DNA from: Rhizobiaceae bacterium
Lineage (GTDB): Bacteria > Pseudomonadota > Alphaproteobacteria > Rhizobiales > Rhizobiaceae
Reading direction: 5' to 3'
Assembly (NCBI GenBank): GCA_028279875.1
Contig: JANQMU010000125.1
Location: 15,501 to 79,500 of the forward strand
DNA length: 64,000 nt
Of the stretch, positions 60,939 to 64,000 are shown piece by piece. The notes under the pieces were generated by a model. The model worked only from the letters and a program-made list of their open reading frames with translations. It had not been told where the DNA came from and did not search any database. The stretch's first letter is position 1. Every line of letters starts with the position of its first letter. A program made the translations under genes and the position numbers.

Positions 60939-61556
60939 CTACAGTTCGAGGAAATTCGCCAGCAAACGGAAGCCAAGTTTCTGGCTTTTTTCGGGATGAA
61001 ATTGCACACCCATCATATTGTCCCGTATCACGCCGGAAACAAAACCGCCGCCATAGGGTGTCGTGCTGATAGCGAGCGAACCATCGTTGCAGCGCACGTG
61101 GTAGCTGTGAACAAAATAAAAGTCTGCGGCAGGTTTTATGCCGTCGAACAGCGTAACGCCCTCGCGCGCATTCACCTCATTCCAGCCCACGTGTGGGACA
61201 CGATCGCCCGCTGGCGTGGCTTTCAGTTTCACGACCTCGGCATCCAGCCACCCCAGGCCTTCGGCTTTGGCGCCCTCCTCGCTGCCATTGGCCATCAATT
61301 GCATCCCCAGACAGATACCGAGGAAAGGCATGCCGCCCTTTACGACCCGATCATCGAGCGCCGTATCCATCCCCGCCGATCGCAGATTCTCCATCGCCTT
61401 TGGAAAAGCGCCAACGCCGGGAAGAATGATCTTCCGGGCCTTGTCCAGTTCGGCCGGATCCGATGTGACAAAAGGATCGCCGCCGCATTCCGATATTGCA
61501 CGCGCAATGGAATCCAGATTGCACAGGCCGTAGTCGATGATGGCAATTGCGCTCAC
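60939..61556 (-). CDS. hisH: HisH-like glutamine amidotransferase paralog
   Basis: IDYG..N, ILPGVGAF, GICLGMQ, PHVGWN, YFVHSY, QFHPEKS. Confidence 0.9.
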   Translation of the reverse strand: MSAIAIIDYGLCNLDSIARAISECGGDPFVTSDPAELDKARKIILPGVGAFPKAMENLRSAGMDTALDDRVVKGGMPFLGICLGMQLMANGSEEGAKAEGLGWLDAEVVKLKATPAGDRVPHVGWNEVNAREGVTLFDGIKPAADFYFVHSYHVRCNDGSLAISTTPYGGGFVSGVIRDNMMGVQFHPEKSQKLGFRLLANFLEL

Positions 61557-62704
61557 GTGTTGTCGTCGTTAATCTTGGTGAGGTTGCCGTCGGCATCCTT
61601 GATCAAGGCACCGTCATTGGCACGGCGGAACAACTTCTTGTTGGTGAAACGGTCGCAGATCTTTTCAAATTCAGCCACGGTCATATCAATTTCGCCGAGG
61701 ATCTCCTCGATCGGGCGCCCCAGATAGGTCCATGGGAACTTGCCGTCATGCTTGCGCGTCAGACGCAGACCGTCGGCCCTGGAAAGGCGGCCACGGCGAA
61801 TATGATTGTTGGCGATGTCGGTGGCGCGACCGAAGCCGAATTTCAGATATTTGAAGTAGTCGTGGATACCGGTCTGATAATTGTCGAGATTTTCATAATC
61901 GGCCAGCGACCCTTCGACCGGGCGTGGAAAGGTTTCAAATCCGTGCCCCTCCGCCAGGAGAGCATTGGTGTATCCGTCCCAGGGAAAGTAGTAGCCCAGG
62001 AACACGCCGGTGACGCCGACGCGTTCAAGCTCTTCATCGCTGGGATAGAGATATTGAATCAAATGGCGCTTTTCGATCCCCTCCTCACCAACCAGATCGG
62101 TGACGCGCATCCCCAGGAGCCCGCCGAATTCCTCCAGCCAGCGGCGATTGAGAATATGGGCCTCGGTTGCTGCGGCCGGCCCGCCATATTCATTCTGCGA
62201 ATTCTCTCCCCAGATGATGAGGCGGATATTGTGTTGAACGGCGACGCGTATCGGCACTGTGAAGATGGCGACATGTTCGGGCCAGGAGATGTCGCCGACC
62301 TGCCGCAACGCCAGCCGGTTGATGCGCCGGCGAATGACCGGATTCATCGTGACTTCCACATAGTCCACACCGAGACCTTTGAGGTTTTCGATGTTCCTGC
62401 GCCCGATATCGCTGAGGGAGTCGGTCGTTGCGGTTACGCAAAGCGGATTGAGCCCGTTTTCGAGCAATCTGAGAACCTGGCAGGTGCTGTCCTTGCCGCC
62501 GCTAACCGGCACCAGGCAGTCATAATTGCTGCCGTCCTTCGAGCGATAGCGCTCCACAACATCGAGAAACTCCTGCCGGCGCTGATCCCAATCGACCGTG
62601 GCACGATTTTCAAATGACCGGCAGGCGCTGCAGACGCCCTCCTCATCGAAGTGGAGGTCAGGTTTCGTGTCGGGATACAGGCATTTGGTACAGTATTGTA
62701 ACAT
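61553..62704 (-). CDS. N-acetyl sugar amidotransferase (PseA/WbpG-like)
   Basis: YCTKC..PDTKP..C.AC, YDC.VPVSGGKDS PP-loop, WGE....YGG, YLKFGFGRAT. Confidence 0.9.
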   Translation of the reverse strand: MLQYCTKCLYPDTKPDLHFDEEGVCSACRSFENRATVDWDQRRQEFLDVVERYRSKDGSNYDCLVPVSGGKDSTCQVLRLLENGLNPLCVTATTDSLSDIGRRNIENLKGLGVDYVEVTMNPVIRRRINRLALRQVGDISWPEHVAIFTVPIRVAVQHNIRLIIWGENSQNEYGGPAAATEAHILNRRWLEEFGGLLGMRVTDLVGEEGIEKRHLIQYLYPSDEELERVGVTGVFLGYYFPWDGYTNALLAEGHGFETFPRPVEGSLADYENLDNYQTGIHDYFKYLKFGFGRATDIANNHIRRGRLSRADGLRLTRKHDGKFPWTYLGRPIEEILGEIDMTVAEFEKICDRFTNKKLFRRANDGALIKDADGNLTKINDDNT

Positions 62705-62713
62705 CTTACCCTG

Positions 62714-63931
62714 TCAGTGTTTCAGATCGAGGGACGATTTCAGCCCCTCCACAACCCTCGCCACATCCTCATCGCCCATGTCCGGGAACAGCGGCAGCGA
62801 CAGGCAGCGTTCGTAATAGGCATCGGCGCCAGGGTGGACGAGTTCGCCGTAGCGCTTTTGATAGTAGGGCTGGCGGTGCACCGGTAGATAGTGGACCTGG
62901 GTGCCGATGCCGCGCGCCTTCAGGCGACGCATGATCGTTGCCCTGTCGGCGCCGACGGCCTTGAAATCGATCAGCACGACGTAGAGATGCAGCACGGGAT
63001 CACAGCCGGGGACCCGCGGAACCGGGCGGATGGACGGTGCCAGCGGCGCCAACAATGCGTCATAGCGCGCGGCGAGCGCGCGGCGGCGGGCGGCGAAGGT
63101 CTCGAGCTTTGCGAGCTGGCTGAGGCCGAGGGCGCAGTTGATGTCGCTTGCCCGGTAATTGTAGCCGGGCTGGGCCATCTCGTAATACCAGGGATTGGGC
63201 GCGCCGGCGCCGTCAAAGGCGAGTGCGGTGTTCCGGAATTCTTCCGGGTTGCGGGTCATGCCGTGGCTGCGGAACCGCTTCAGCTTTTCGCAAGTTGCCG
63301 AATCATTGGTGGTGACGACACCGCCTTCGCCCATGGTTATGGTCTTGACCGGATGCAGGGAGAAGGTCGCCATGTCGGAATGCCGGCAGGCCCCGACGGG
63401 AACGTCAACGCCGTTGCTTTCATAGGTTCCGCCGAGCGCATGGCAGGCATCCTCCACCACGGCAAGGCCGTGCTCCTGCGCCTGGCGGGCCACCATGGCC
63501 ATGTCGACACAGGGGCCGTTGAGATGAACGGGCGCAACGGCCCTTGCCCTGCCCTGGCTGCGCTCGATGGCGGCGCGCAGGCTGGCTTCGTTGAGAAGGC
63601 CGGTGTCGGCGTCGACATCGGCAAATTCGACCTCCGCGCCGACATAGCGCGCCGCATTGGCGGTCGCCAGAAAGGTCAGCGTCGGCACGATCAGCACATC
63701 GCCCTCGCCCAGGCCCAGCGCCATCATGGCAAGATGCAGCCCGGCGGTGCCGCTGTTGCAGGCGATGGCATAGCGGGCACCGGTCTTTTCGGCAAAGGCC
63801 TGTTCGAATGCCTCGACCGTCGGACCGGTGGTCAGCCAGTCGCTCCTCAGAGCCCGGACGACCGCGGCCACATCATCGTCATCGATGCTCTGCCGGCCAT
63901 AGGGCAGGAAAGGCGATGCCCCTTCGTTCAA
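62714..63931 (-). CDS. pseC: UDP-4-amino-4,6-dideoxy-N-acetyl-beta-L-altrosamine transaminase
   Basis: LPYGRQSI, WLTTGP, EDACHALG, FSLHPVKTIT.GEGG, WYYE...GYNYR, QVHY.P; TTG start overlapping upstream TGA. Confidence 0.92.
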   Translation of the reverse strand: MNEGASPFLPYGRQSIDDDDVAAVVRALRSDWLTTGPTVEAFEQAFAEKTGARYAIACNSGTAGLHLAMMALGLGEGDVLIVPTLTFLATANAARYVGAEVEFADVDADTGLLNEASLRAAIERSQGRARAVAPVHLNGPCVDMAMVARQAQEHGLAVVEDACHALGGTYESNGVDVPVGACRHSDMATFSLHPVKTITMGEGGVVTTNDSATCEKLKRFRSHGMTRNPEEFRNTALAFDGAGAPNPWYYEMAQPGYNYRASDINCALGLSQLAKLETFAARRRALAARYDALLAPLAPSIRPVPRVPGCDPVLHLYVVLIDFKAVGADRATIMRRLKARGIGTQVHYLPVHRQPYYQKRYGELVHPGADAYYERCLSLPLFPDMGDEDVARVVEGLKSSLDLKH

Positions 63932-64000
63932 ATCGCGGCGTCCCGCAGCAGGCGGCCGAGGGCCGCGTCGTCCAGCCATTCCTCATTGGTGTCGGAGGCG
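63928..64000 (-). CDS. pseB: 3' end of probable UDP-GlcNAc 4,6-dehydratase (inverting)
   Basis: Reads ASDTNEEWLDDAALGRLLRDAAI*, like PseB C-termini (SDxNxxWL), and is coupled to pseC. Confidence 0.6.
   Translation of the reverse strand, partial: ASDTNEEWLDDAALGRLLRDAAI

Noticed and set aside
60177-61556. Histidine biosynthesis operon
   Set aside because: No other his genes; coupling to a sugar amidotransferase indicates glycan-modifying paralogs.
60204-62617. 507-aa and 356-aa + strand ORFs
   Set aside because: Shadows of hisF, hisH and the amidotransferase.
1-64000. CRISPR arrays, tRNA/rRNA, IS elements, prophage, defence systems
   Set aside because: No repeat-spacer periodicity, RNA gene signature, or transposase/integrase/nuclease motif noticed by eye; short ncRNAs cannot be excluded.

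Overview
GC-rich bacterial DNA, probably an alphaproteobacterium (inferred from the Rhizobiales-like MCP and gene set), with three blocks. (1) 1-6.1 kb: the 3' part of a chemoreceptor and a MarR-iorA-iorB unit. (2) 6.4-16.7 kb: a divergent nucleoside uptake/catabolism island. One arm has an NMT1/THI5-type ABC importer, an ADA-family deaminase and two IclR regulators. The other has a UP/PNP-type phosphorylase, a DUF985 cupin, an SDR, a divergent MtnA-like isomerase and a class II aldolase. It resembles a non-canonical DHAP-shunt-type pathway and is my best candidate for an undescribed system. (3) 16.7-64 kb: a very large surface-glycan locus of two convergent arms. It holds three separate NeuB-type synthase/cytidylyltransferase modules (pseudaminic acid, a KDN-like module and a NeuB-cupin fusion module), eight methyltransferases, two amidotransferase systems, many glycosyltransferases, a PglK/Wzk-like ABC exporter and an O-antigen-ligase-like protein. 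Its core is mosaic and AT-richer. I saw no rRNA, tRNA, CRISPR array or intact mobile element. All calls come from motif recognition by eye; no searches were run.
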